A stretch of DNA of 37,081 nt from an uncultured Bacilli bacterium (GTDB lineage: Bacteria > Bacillota_I > Bacilli_A > RF39 > UBA660). This document shows, piece after piece, positions 8,918 to 18,315 of the stretch. Within the stretch, counting starts at the first letter, position 1. Each line of letters starts with the position of its first letter. The stretch spans positions 1-37,081 of the forward strand of contig CAKOIB010000002.1 in the NCBI GenBank assembly GCA_934086255.1. Direction: 5' to 3'. A model generated the notes under the pieces. The model saw nothing but the letters and a program-made list of their open reading frames with translations, was not told the origin of the DNA and did no database searches. Both the position numbers and the translations under genes were made by a program.

Positions 8918-10132
8918 CTATAAGTTTTCTTCAATTCTTAGGAGTCTATTGTATTTACATATTCTTTCTCCACGAGATAGTGAACCACTTTTCATGTAAG
9001 GTATTCCTAAGCCTACTGCAAAGTCACTTATGAATGTGTCTTCTGTTTCTCCACTTCTATGAGATATTATCATGTTTATATTGTTTTCTCTTGCTAGGTT
9101 TATTGTTTCTAACATTTCTGTTATTGTCCCTATTTGATTAGCTTTTAAAAGAATGAAGTTGGTTGATTTATTTTCTATTCCTTTTTGTAATAAGTTTTTG
9201 TTTGTTGTGTATAGGTCGTCTCCGACTATGTTTGTTTGTAATTCTTGTGTTAGTTTGGCAAATCCTATAAAGTCTTGTTCTTCAAGTGGGTCTTCGATTG
9301 AGAAGATTGGGTATTTTTTTATTATTTTTTTATACATTTCAATCATTTGATCTGTTGTTTTATAGGTATTGTCTATCAAGTACATTTTTTTGTTGTTATC
9401 ATAGAATGATGATGCTGCAATATCTAGTGCGATTAGTATATCTTTTTTTGGTTTGTATCCTGATAGTTCTATTGCTTTTATAATGGTATCTAGCGCCTCT
9501 TCATTGTTTTTTAGATTTGGGGCAAAGCCTCCTTCATCGCCGACGTTGGTGCTGTATCCTTGTTCTTTTAAAATGTTTTTTAGGTTGTGAAATATTTCAC
9601 TTGCTATTTGTAGTTGTTCTTTTATTGTTTTTCTATTTACCATAATCATGAATTCTTGAAACTCAATCTTATTATCGGCATGCATTCCTCCGTTTAATAT
9701 GTTAAACATACACTTAGGTACTTGTTTTTTTTCTCCGATGTATTGATATAGTTCTTTATTTTCTTTTTGTGCACATGCTTTTATGTATGCAAGTGATACT
9801 GAAAGAATGGCATTTGCTCCAAGATTGGTTTTATTTTTAGTATTATCTAGTTTTATTAATAATTCATCTAATTCTTGAAAGTTTTCAAAGTCTTTATTTA
9901 TAATGTTTTCTTTTATTATAGTGTTAACATTGTTTACTGCTTTTAAGACTCCTTTTCCTAGGTATCTTTTTTCATTATCACGTAGTTCTAAGGCTTCATT
10001 TGAACCAGTTGATGCTCCACTTGGAACGCTTGCTCTTCCTGTAATGTTTCCTTCGATTGTGATGTCTGTTTCTACTGTTGGCCATCCTCTTGAGTCTAAT
10101 ATTTCTCTTGATTTGACTTTTATTATTTTCAT
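8918..10132 (-). CDS. eno: enolase
   Basis: Matches enolase throughout (SREILDSRG.PTVE, SVPSGASTG, GDEGGFAP, IEDPL, GDDL, SHRSGETED). Confidence 0.97.
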   Translation of the reverse strand: MKIIKVKSREILDSRGWPTVETDITIEGNITGRASVPSGASTGSNEALELRDNEKRYLGKGVLKAVNNVNTIIKENIINKDFENFQELDELLIKLDNTKNKTNLGANAILSVSLAYIKACAQKENKELYQYIGEKKQVPKCMFNILNGGMHADNKIEFQEFMIMVNRKTIKEQLQIASEIFHNLKNILKEQGYSTNVGDEGGFAPNLKNNEEALDTIIKAIELSGYKPKKDILIALDIAASSFYDNNKKMYLIDNTYKTTDQMIEMYKKIIKKYPIFSIEDPLEEQDFIGFAKLTQELQTNIVGDDLYTTNKNLLQKGIENKSTNFILLKANQIGTITEMLETINLARENNINMIISHRSGETEDTFISDFAVGLGIPYMKSGSLSRGERICKYNRLLRIEENL

Positions 10133-10256
10133 ATTTTCACCTATCCTTGTGAATATTATATAATATTTTTTATATAAATAAAACTTTTTTATTGATTTTA
10201 GTTTAAAAAAAAGTTATTATAGTATTATGAAAATACAATGAAGGAGGAGTGTTTGT

Positions 10257-11513
10257 ATGAAAATTGTTATTCTTACACCAGAACAGTTTGATAATTTTTC
10301 TGATAATCATCCTCTTCATACTTATTATCAGACTTCTATGTATGGAAACTTGATGAAAAAGAATGGTTTTAAGGTAGAGTATTATGGTTTTGTTGATAAT
10401 TCTAATATGCTTATTGGTGCTACTTTAATGCTTACTAAAAAGTTGTTTTTTGGGCATAAATACGCTTATGCTCCTCGTGGTTTTTTGATTGATTATGACA
10501 ATAAACAACTTATTACTGAGCTTTCTAGAAAATTAAAAAGGTATTTAGCAAAGAGCAATTATGTGTTTTTAAAGATTGATCCTCCGGTTGTTGCTAATAA
10601 AAGGGATAAAGATGGTAATATTATTCCAAGTCCTTATCAAAATGATATAATAGTTTTTTTACAAAATAATGGATATAGTTATTTTGGTGATAATAAGTTT
10701 TTTGGTACCGAAAAACCAAGATGGAATGCTATTTTAAAGGTTACTGGTTCTGCTGAATCTTTGTATAGAAATTTTGATAGTAATATTAAAAATAAGATTA
10801 GAAAGGCTCAGTCTAGAGGGGTTGAAATAGTACAAGGCAATCATAATGATATGGAGATTTTTTATAGTTTTGTTTATAAGAAACATTATAGAAAGTTGAA
10901 TTATTATAAGGATTTTGGAGAGTTTTTTGGTAATAAGTTTGAGCTTTATTTTGCTAAGCTTAATACTGAGAAGTATTTGACTAATATTAAAAAATTATAT
11001 GAAGATGAAATTGCTAATAATGAGGATATTAATTCTAGGATACAGGTGGCTGGTCAAAATAATAAGATTGATAATAAGCTTACTAATTCTAAAATTACTT
11101 CGGATAAGTTGCTTGCTACTTATAAAAAGGAATTGGAGTATGCTTCATCACTTTTTGAAAAGAATCCTCAAGGTATTATTATTGGTGCAACGGGTGTTAT
11201 TATTGAAAAGTATGGTGTTGAACTTTTAATAGAGGGTTATAATCCTAAGTATGGTCTTTATTATCCTAATTTTTTACTTAAATGGTATATTATTGAAAAG
11301 TATGCAAAGCTTGGTGCTGTTTATTTCCATCTGAATGCTATTACTGGTTATTTCGGAAATAATAATAAGTTTAAGGGTCTAAATGAAATGAAGCTTGGCT
11401 ATAATGCTGAGGTTACTGAGTATATTGGTGAGTTTGATTTAGTTATTTCCCCTGGACTTTATAAGTTTTATAAGACTTCGAAATTAGGTAAAAAGAAAAA
11501 TAGAATGAGTTAA
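10257..11513 (+). CDS. FemAB-family peptidoglycan interpeptide-bridge aminoacyltransferase
   Basis: FemABX-like length and motifs (YAYAPRGFLIDY, with a coiled-coil insertion around NTEKYL...). Strong GGAGGAG RBS. One of only two genes left of the origin that are transcribed head-on to replication. Confidence 0.8.
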   Translation: MKIVILTPEQFDNFSDNHPLHTYYQTSMYGNLMKKNGFKVEYYGFVDNSNMLIGATLMLTKKLFFGHKYAYAPRGFLIDYDNKQLITELSRKLKRYLAKSNYVFLKIDPPVVANKRDKDGNIIPSPYQNDIIVFLQNNGYSYFGDNKFFGTEKPRWNAILKVTGSAESLYRNFDSNIKNKIRKAQSRGVEIVQGNHNDMEIFYSFVYKKHYRKLNYYKDFGEFFGNKFELYFAKLNTEKYLTNIKKLYEDEIANNEDINSRIQVAGQNNKIDNKLTNSKITSDKLLATYKKELEYASSLFEKNPQGIIIGATGVIIEKYGVELLIEGYNPKYGLYYPNFLLKWYIIEKYAKLGAVYFHLNAITGYFGNNNKFKGLNEMKLGYNAEVTEYIGEFDLVISPGLYKFYKTSKLGKKKNRMS

Positions 11514-11543
11514 AAAATAGACTTTTGATAAGTCTATTTTTTT
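11512..11543. terminator. bidirectional intrinsic terminator between the femAB-like gene and ychF
   Basis: AAAAATAGACTT-TTGAT-AAGTCTATTTTTTT: an 8-bp core stem flanked by an A run and a T run. Confidence 0.6.
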
Positions 11544-12639
11544 ATAAATTGAATCTAAAATGACAAATGTCTCCATCTTGCATTAGGTATTCTTTTCCTT
11601 CGATTCTAAATTTTCCATTTTCTTTTACTTTTATTTCATCACCATATTCTATTAAGTCTTTGTAAGCAATTACTTCTGCTTTGATAAATCCTTTTTCAAA
11701 GTCTGAGTGAATTATTCCAGCGCATTCTTTTGCATTCATTCCATCTTTGTATGTCCATGCTTTTACTTCTTGTGGTCCACATGTGAAGTAGGTTTTTAAG
11801 CCTAATAGTGAATATGTTGCTTCGATTAGTTTGTCTAGTCCACTTTGATCTATTCCTAAGTCTTTTAACATTTCGTTTTTATCTTCATCATTTAATTCTG
11901 ATAATTCTGATTCTATTTTAGCAGATACTGTTATTACTTTTGCTTGTTCTTTTTCTGCATATTCTTTTAGTTTTTTTACATAATCATTTTCTATACCGAT
12001 TTCGTTTTCATCGATATTTGCTAGATATATATGTGGTTTTAATGTTATAAAATTAAATGACTTAATAGCAAATAGTTCTTCTTTTGTGTAATCAATTAAT
12101 CTTAATGGAATGTTTTTTTCTAATGCTTCTTTTGATTTTTGAAGAGCAGATAGTTCTATTAGCGCTTCTTTGTCTTTTGTCGTTTCTGCTTTTTTCTTAA
12201 TTTTGTCTATTCTATTGGTAATTATTTCTAGGTCTGCAAGTGCTAGCTCTAAATTAATTATTTCAACATCTCTTATTGGGTCAACGCTTCCTTCGACGTG
12301 GGTTATTTCTTTATCATTAAAGCATCTTACTACTTCACATATTGCATCTGTTTCTCTTATGTGTGATAGAAATTTGTTTCCTAATCCTTCGCCTAGGGAT
12401 GCTCCTTTTACGATTCCTGCAATGTCTACAAATTCAAATGTAGCTGGCTTTATTTCTTGTGGTAGATATATTTCTTCTAATGGTTTTAGTCTTTCATCTG
12501 GAACTGTTACTATTCCGACGTTTGGGTCTATTGTTGCAAATGGATAGTTTGCTACTAATATACTTTTTTTTGTTATTGCATTAAATAATGTTGATTTTCC
12601 AACATTTGGTAGTCCTACTATTCCTGCTTTTAAACTCAT
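11542..12639 (-). CDS. ychF: ribosome-binding ATPase YchF
   Basis: MSLKAGIVGLPNVGKSTLFNA P-loop, a TGS domain, and the C-terminal ...GDICHFRFN. The start is set at ATG 12639 (RBS GGAGTGAG). The ORF-track extension to 12747 overlaps abgT and has no homology. Confidence 0.95.
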   Translation of the reverse strand: MSLKAGIVGLPNVGKSTLFNAITKKSILVANYPFATIDPNVGIVTVPDERLKPLEEIYLPQEIKPATFEFVDIAGIVKGASLGEGLGNKFLSHIRETDAICEVVRCFNDKEITHVEGSVDPIRDVEIINLELALADLEIITNRIDKIKKKAETTKDKEALIELSALQKSKEALEKNIPLRLIDYTKEELFAIKSFNFITLKPHIYLANIDENEIGIENDYVKKLKEYAEKEQAKVITVSAKIESELSELNDEDKNEMLKDLGIDQSGLDKLIEATYSLLGLKTYFTCGPQEVKAWTYKDGMNAKECAGIIHSDFEKGFIKAEVIAYKDLIEYGDEIKVKENGKFRIEGKEYLMQDGDICHFRFNL

Positions 12640-12659
12640 TTTACTCACTCCTTGTATTG

Positions 12660-14255
12660 TTATAATGTTGGGTATACTTTTGGTCCTAATGGTAAACCAA
12701 TTAAATACCATGAAATTATTATTAGTATCCAAATTAATGTCATCCATATAAAGTATGGCATCATTAATTTTATACCATCTCTTATTCCATATGTTTTTTC
12801 TTTATCTTTGTTATATATATTTAAATATCCTACATATACAACGAAATATGCTAATACTGGTGTTATTCCGTTTGTCATAGATTCTGCTGCTCTAAATATG
12901 AATTGTGAAAATTGTGGGGATATATTTAGTTGCATTAGCATAGGTACCATTACTGGTGATATTATTGTCCATTTTGCCATTGATGTTGGCATAAATATAT
13001 TTGCTATTGCTATTATTATTATTGATATAATTACTAGTGCTAGTCCTGATAGTGGTAGCATTTTTAAAAAGTTGGTTAAGAATACTACTATTATTGTTGG
13101 AATGTTTGTTTCTTTTAATATTGATATGAATTGTGATGCAAAGAAAATCATTAATAAAAGCATTCCAAGTGATGATAATCCTTCACTAGTTTTTTCTATT
13201 AAGTCTTTATCGTTTTTTATAGTTTTTGCTCCGATTCCATAGGCTATTCCTGTTATTATGAAGAATAGTGCTAGCATGTATGTGAATCCATCTTGAAAAT
13301 ATGAATTATTTCCAAATAATTGGTCTACATATGCTTTTTCTTTTAAATCTAAGAGCATTCCTGATAGTGGTAATCCTGGTATTATCATATAGATAAATAT
13401 TAGTATTACTATTAATGCTGATATTTTTGCATATTTACTACCTTTTTTTTCTCTTTCTTCTTCTTTTATTTTCTTTTGTTCTTCATATTGTAAATCTAAG
13501 TATTCAATTTCTTTTGTTTTTCCTAATTCATCATGTTTTTTAGATACGTATCTGCCTAGTTTTTTAACTATAATTTTTTCTGTTACTATTGTTCCTGTTA
13601 GAGCAAGCAAAATGCATGAAGGAATCATTATGTAAAGATTTGATGTCATTCTAACGTAGAATGTTTCATCTATTAATCTTGCTGCTTTCATTGTGTATGG
13701 TATTAGGTTAATGTCTATTGAACCGACAAAAAAGCTTATGCTATATCCAAATGCTACTCCAGCGAATGCTGCTGCTACTCCTGCTAGAGGGTTACGTCCG
13801 TTAAATAGGAATAATAATGCTCCAAGTGGTATTAAAAGTGCATAACCTACTTCATTTACTATACTTGAAAATATTGCTAGTATCATTATTAAGAATGTTA
13901 TGAATTTTGGATTGAATTTACTTAATCTTCTTTTCATAAATGTTTGGATTAATCCAGTTGCATCTGCTACTTTTATTCCTATTAAAGTTATTATTAATGT
14001 TGAAAGTGTCGTAAAGCTTATGAAGTTAGTGGCCGCATTTGAAATCATTGTTTTTACACCTTCATAACTTAGCATATTAGTAACTGTTATTATTGTTTGT
14101 TCTAGTTTGTTAGTTTGTGTATTAATTGTGTTGTATGTGACTGAAATATTTAAAAGTGATAGTATTGCACTTAATACTATGACTACTGCGATTAAAACTA
14201 TAAATCCTGTAACTGGGTGTAATACTAGTTTTTTTTGTTTCTTTTTTCTTGCCAT
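12660..14255 (-). CDS. AbgT-family (aminobenzoyl-glutamate / antimetabolite) transporter
   Basis: A polytopic protein of about 530 aa with an AbgT-like GVAAAFAGVAFGYS segment. GGAGG RBS. Confidence 0.8.
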   Translation of the reverse strand: MARKKKQKKLVLHPVTGFIVLIAVVIVLSAILSLLNISVTYNTINTQTNKLEQTIITVTNMLSYEGVKTMISNAATNFISFTTLSTLIITLIGIKVADATGLIQTFMKRRLSKFNPKFITFLIMILAIFSSIVNEVGYALLIPLGALLFLFNGRNPLAGVAAAFAGVAFGYSISFFVGSIDINLIPYTMKAARLIDETFYVRMTSNLYIMIPSCILLALTGTIVTEKIIVKKLGRYVSKKHDELGKTKEIEYLDLQYEEQKKIKEEEREKKGSKYAKISALIVILIFIYMIIPGLPLSGMLLDLKEKAYVDQLFGNNSYFQDGFTYMLALFFIITGIAYGIGAKTIKNDKDLIEKTSEGLSSLGMLLLMIFFASQFISILKETNIPTIIVVFLTNFLKMLPLSGLALVIISIIIIAIANIFMPTSMAKWTIISPVMVPMLMQLNISPQFSQFIFRAAESMTNGITPVLAYFVVYVGYLNIYNKDKEKTYGIRDGIKLMMPYFIWMTLIWILIIISWYLIGLPLGPKVYPTL

Positions 14256-14256
14256 T

Positions 14257-14445
14257 TTAGTCCTCCACTATCTTTTTTAGTTTTTTATTAAATTCTATTC
14301 TTGGTATCATTACTTCTCTTTTGCAATTTAGACATTTTATTTTTATATCAGCACCAAGTCTTGTTATTTCCCAAAGATTTGTTCCGCATGGATGTTGTTT
14401 TTTCATTATTACTTTTGTTCCTATTGTATAATTTTTATTTTCCAT
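14257..14445 (-). CDS. DUF951 (YyzM-like) small protein
   Basis: 62 aa containing KKQHPCG...W.I.R.GADIKIKCLNC..., which fits DUF951. Its position near ychF and spo0J is conserved, as in Bacillus. Confidence 0.75.
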   Translation of the reverse strand: MENKNYTIGTKVIMKKQHPCGTNLWEITRLGADIKIKCLNCKREVMIPRIEFNKKLKKIVED

Positions 14446-15220
14446 TTCTTACCTCTAATATATTGTATGGAATTGATATTTTTGATTTATCATATTCTTC
14501 TTTTATTATCATATTGATTTCTCTTTTGGTTTTGTATCTTTGGTCTTTTTTTGCCTCATACATGATTCTGTATTTTATGCAAGAGTCTGCGAATGTTTGC
14601 AGTCCTAATATTGATAGTTCTTTTACGGATTCTTGTAGTTCTTTTTCTACTCTTGTTTTTATATTGTCTAACATTTCTAGAACTTTTTGATTGGGTGTTT
14701 CATATGGAAATGGTAAATCTATCATAACTGTTGGCTTTTCTCTTGAACAGTTTTTTACTACTGATATATTTCTATTTGCTATAGTAACGATATCTGAATC
14801 GAATGTTTTTATTCTAGTTGATCTTAATCCTAATTCTGTTATGTATCCTTGACATTTATTAATTTCTACTTCGTCTCCAACATCGTATTGGTTTTCTATG
14901 ATGATAAACATACCTGAAAGTACATCTTTCATAATGTCTTGTAGTGCTAATCCTATGATTACTGATGCTATTCCTAATCCTGCGATTATTGAGCTAACAT
15001 TTATTCCTATGATTGTTAGTAATTTTAGGATTAAGAATATTATTATTATGTATTTTAATATGTTTACTATTAGTTTTTTCATTGTTTGTTGTTTTCTATT
15101 TATTTTTTCTTTGTTTGTTAATAGTAATTTTTTTAAAATTGTATATATGGTTAATCCTATTAGTATGAATAGTATTAGCTCATGAATATTGTTTTTTATT
15201 AAAAAATCTATAAAGCTCAT
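14435..15220 (-). CDS. small-conductance mechanosensitive channel (MscS family)
   Basis: Three N-terminal TM helices followed by the MscS beta-domain (DVGDEVEI....G.ITELGLRSTRIKTFD). The start is set at ATG 15220, which has an AGGTGA RBS. Confidence 0.85.
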   Translation of the reverse strand: MSFIDFLIKNNIHELILFILIGLTIYTILKKLLLTNKEKINRKQQTMKKLIVNILKYIIIIFLILKLLTIIGINVSSIIAGLGIASVIIGLALQDIMKDVLSGMFIIIENQYDVGDEVEINKCQGYITELGLRSTRIKTFDSDIVTIANRNISVVKNCSREKPTVMIDLPFPYETPNQKVLEMLDNIKTRVEKELQESVKELSILGLQTFADSCIKYRIMYEAKKDQRYKTKREINMIIKEEYDKSKISIPYNILEVRNGK

Positions 15221-15225
15221 TTTTA

Positions 15226-16122
15226 TCACCTACTTATATAGTTCATTATTTCTAATATTCTGTTTAGATCATTATCATTTTCATATGATATTTCCATTTT
15301 TTTATTATTTAGTTTTACTCTTGTTCCAAAATATTCTGATAGTTGTTTTTCTAAATCAATGTACTCGCTTGATTTTTCTTTATGTTGTTTAGTAATTTTA
15401 TTCTTTCTTTCGTATTCACTATTATTTGATGATAGTTGTTCTAGTTGTCTTACACTTAAATTGTCTGTGATTGTTTTTGCCGCTAGTGTTTCTATTTTTT
15501 CTTTATCTTCTAGTTTTGATAATACTCTGGCGTGTCCCATTGTTATTTTATTTGTAATAATTAAGTCTTTTATTGATTCTGGAAGATTTAGTATTCCAAG
15601 GATGTTTGTTATGTGACTTCTTGACTTCCCAACTTTTTTCGCTAGTTGTTCTTGGTTTAAGTTTAATGTTTGCATTAGATTTTTGTATGCTTCTGCTTCT
15701 TCGATTGGATTTAGGTTTTCTCTTTGAAGGTTTTCTAATACTGCAATTTCCATCATTTGTTCATCTGTAAAATCTCTAATTATTGCTGGTATTGTTTCTT
15801 TTCCTGCTAATTGTGAAGCACGATATCTTCTTTCTCCTGCTACTATTTCGTAACCTTTTATGCTTTTTTTGACTATTATTGGTTGGATTACTCCATGTTC
15901 TTTTATTGATTCTGCTAGTTCTTGAAGTGCTTCTTCGTCAAATATTTTTCTAGGTTGGTATGGATTTACTCTTAAATCAGATAGTTTTATTTCTTTTACT
16001 TCATCTAATTCTACTGTTTCCATTATTTTTTCTTCTACTTTGTCATAGTTTATGTCTTCAATGTTGAATAGTTCTTCTAGTCCTATTCCTAGGGCTCTTC
16101 TTGTTTTATTGTTTGTTTCCAT
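15226..16122 (-). CDS. spo0J: chromosome partitioning protein ParB/Spo0J (parS-binding type)
   Basis: ParB N-domain with the GERRYRAS CTP-binding motif. HTH region is GKSRSHITNILGIL...MGHARVL (ParB-like). Directly downstream of soj. The start is set at ATG 16122, after a GAGGTGA RBS. Confidence 0.93.
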   Translation of the reverse strand: METNNKTRRALGIGLEELFNIEDINYDKVEEKIMETVELDEVKEIKLSDLRVNPYQPRKIFDEEALQELAESIKEHGVIQPIIVKKSIKGYEIVAGERRYRASQLAGKETIPAIIRDFTDEQMMEIAVLENLQRENLNPIEEAEAYKNLMQTLNLNQEQLAKKVGKSRSHITNILGILNLPESIKDLIITNKITMGHARVLSKLEDKEKIETLAAKTITDNLSVRQLEQLSSNNSEYERKNKITKQHKEKSSEYIDLEKQLSEYFGTRVKLNNKKMEISYENDNDLNRILEIMNYISR

Positions 16123-16888
16123 TTGCTTCAATCACCTCTTTGGCTAAATTTAGATATGCTTCTGATCCTCTACTTTTTGGATCGTATGCTATTATTGGTT
16201 TTCCATGTGATGGTGCTTCTGTTAATCTGATAAGTCTTGGAATTATTGTATTGTATACTTTGTCTTTGAAATATTTTCTTATTTCTTCGACTACTTCTAA
16301 TCCTAAGTTTGTTCTTACATCTAGCATTGTTAATAGTACTCCTTCGATTGCTAAGTTTGGATTTAGATTTGCTTGAGTATACATTATTGCTTTTAGTAAT
16401 TGGGTAATTCCCTCTAATGCAAAGAATTCGCATTGTACTGGAATTATTACTGAGTCTGATGCTGTTAGGGCGTTTGTTGTTATTATACCAAGTGATGGAG
16501 GGCAATCTATTATTATGTAATCATATTTGTCTTTTATTTTACTAATATGGTATTTTAATTGTTCTGCTTTTGATATGTTTGAGTCTTTATGTTCTAATTC
16601 TATGTCTATTCCTGCTAGGTTTATGTTTGCTGGAAGTACGTATAGATTTTTGTATTTTGTTTTTATTATGGTTTCTTCTATTGTAGATGTGTCATTTAAG
16701 ACGTTGTAAATACTTTTTTCTATTTCCCCTTTGTTTATACCTATTCCTGTTGTTGCATTGCATTGTGGATCTAGATCTATTAATAGAACTTTTTTATTTA
16801 ATAATGCTAATGATGCAGAAAGATTGATACTTGTAGTTGTTTTTCCTACTCCACCTTTTTGATTTATTAAAGATATTACTTTTCCCAT
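16106..16888 (-). CDS. soj: ParA/Soj partitioning ATPase
   Basis: Deviant Walker A motif NQKGGVGKTTT, with ParA-family sequence throughout. Confidence 0.95.
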   Translation of the reverse strand: MGKVISLINQKGGVGKTTTSINLSASLALLNKKVLLIDLDPQCNATTGIGINKGEIEKSIYNVLNDTSTIEETIIKTKYKNLYVLPANINLAGIDIELEHKDSNISKAEQLKYHISKIKDKYDYIIIDCPPSLGIITTNALTASDSVIIPVQCEFFALEGITQLLKAIMYTQANLNPNLAIEGVLLTMLDVRTNLGLEVVEEIRKYFKDKVYNTIIPRLIRLTEAPSHGKPIIAYDPKSRGSEAYLNLAKEVIEANGNKQ

Positions 16889-16982
16889 TTTGTTACCACC
16901 TATTTCTTTCTTTATACTATATATATTCTATCAAAAATTTCTTTGTTTTTAAAGTTATTTTTCACGTTTTTATTTTTATATT

Positions 16983-17007
16983 AAAAAAATGCCTATATAT
17001 AGGCATT
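16983..17007 (-). terminator. intrinsic terminator after the noc-like gene
   Basis: A perfect 20-bp palindrome, AATGCCTATATATAGGCATT, overlaps the stop codon. A T run follows on the minus strand. Confidence 0.6.
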
Positions 17008-18250
17008 AAAATTTATTTTTGTCTATTTTTATTATGATTTGATAAACATTATCTAAGTCGAATTCTTGAACATCAATATTGAAACCAAATTTTTCTGTGT
17101 TTTGTACAGCTTGCCTAACGTTATTTATAGCAAATCTTAAATCGTATACTTGATTATAACTTGGTTGTTCTTCTTTTGGTTCATTTGGTATAGTCACTAC
17201 TTGTGATGCAGATTGATTATCATTTATACTTACTGGTGTTTGTTCTTGTGGGTGTGTTTCATTTATAGTTGGTATATTTATTGATTGTTCAGTTTTTATA
17301 GGTTGTTCGTTGATATTTAATGGTTGATTTTGTACATCAGTGTTAACGTTTAGTGTTGGAATTGATGGTTGTGCTATTGATGTATCTGGTGTAGATTCTT
17401 GTCTTAGCATATCAAAAATATTGGATTTTTGTGTTACTTGTTCTGTTTTAGTTTCAGTATTTGTTTCTTTTATTTCATTTGGAATAGATATAGTTTGTTG
17501 TTCTTGTTGATTGGTATTTATATTTGCTGATAGTTGTTCCTTGTTTTGTAGTGCATTTGCTACTATATCATTTTCCATTTTATTTATGTTTTCTTCTAAA
17601 ATATTTTTGTCTTGATGTTGTATTGGTTGTTCTTCTTGTGGTTTTTTTCCAGTTAAGGCCATTATTTCATCATCTAATTGTCTTACTGTTAATCTATTCA
17701 TTATTACTTGGTTTAATAGTTTCTTTTGATCTTCTAAGTTTGAAACATTTAATAGACTTCTCGCATGGCGTTCTGATATTTGTTTATTTAGTAGTGCTGT
17801 TTGAACTTCTTCTGCTAGGTTTAAAAGTCTTAATTTGTTAGCCACTGTTGATTGTGATTTTCCTAGGTTTGCTGCTAGTTCTTCTTGAGTTATATTATCT
17901 AATTTTAGAATTGTTTGGTATGTTTTTGCTTCTTCGATTGGTGTCAAATCTGATCTTTGAAGATTTTCAAGTAAAGCAATTTTAGCTGTTTCTTTATCGT
18001 CTATGTCTCTTACTAATGCTGGTATTGTTGTTTTTCCTGCTAATTGTGAAGCACGATATCTTCTTTCTCCTGCTATTATTTCGTATTTATCACCAATTTT
18101 TCTTACTATTATTGGTTGAATTACTCCATGTTCTTTTATAGATAAAGCTAACTCATTTAATGCTTGTTCGTCAAATATTTCTCTTGGTTGAAATCTATTT
18201 GGCATTATATCGTTTATATTAAGTTCGAATACTTCTTTTTCCAAGTTCAT
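17006..18250 (-). CDS. noc: Noc-type ParB paralog (nucleoid occlusion protein homolog) with a long low-complexity linker
   Basis: Sits in the rsmG-noc-soj-spo0J synteny. The HTH region GKSQSTVANKLRLLNL...ISERHARSLL closely matches my memory of B. subtilis Noc (GKGQSTIANKLRLLKLP...ITERHARALI). The C-terminal DLRFAINNVRQAV...YQIIIKIDK matches the Noc C-terminus. The start is set at ATG 18250 (AGAGGGA RBS). Confidence 0.85.
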   Translation of the reverse strand: MNLEKEVFELNINDIMPNRFQPREIFDEQALNELALSIKEHGVIQPIIVRKIGDKYEIIAGERRYRASQLAGKTTIPALVRDIDDKETAKIALLENLQRSDLTPIEEAKTYQTILKLDNITQEELAANLGKSQSTVANKLRLLNLAEEVQTALLNKQISERHARSLLNVSNLEDQKKLLNQVIMNRLTVRQLDDEIMALTGKKPQEEQPIQHQDKNILEENINKMENDIVANALQNKEQLSANINTNQQEQQTISIPNEIKETNTETKTEQVTQKSNIFDMLRQESTPDTSIAQPSIPTLNVNTDVQNQPLNINEQPIKTEQSINIPTINETHPQEQTPVSINDNQSASQVVTIPNEPKEEQPSYNQVYDLRFAINNVRQAVQNTEKFGFNIDVQEFDLDNVYQIIIKIDKNKF

Positions 18251-18315
18251 ATTATCCCTCTTTTCATTCTTTTTATAGTTCCCCTGATGTAAATTATACA
18301 ATAAAAAAAGAGACT

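Noticed and set aside
12652-13242. A 196-aa plus-strand ORF, along with many other 60-135 aa ORFs antisense to annotated genes (for example 1361-1705, 4265-4585, 12170-12547, 14301-14690, 19360-19767).
   Set aside because: They are antisense to genes with strong family signatures. They are low-complexity and rich in L, F, I and S, as expected from the reverse complement of AT-rich coding DNA. They have no RBS.
16170-16505. A 111-aa same-strand alternative-frame ORF inside soj/parA.
   Set aside because: It lies entirely within the well-supported parA frame. Its composition is N/R/S/K-rich out-of-frame sequence, and it has no RBS.
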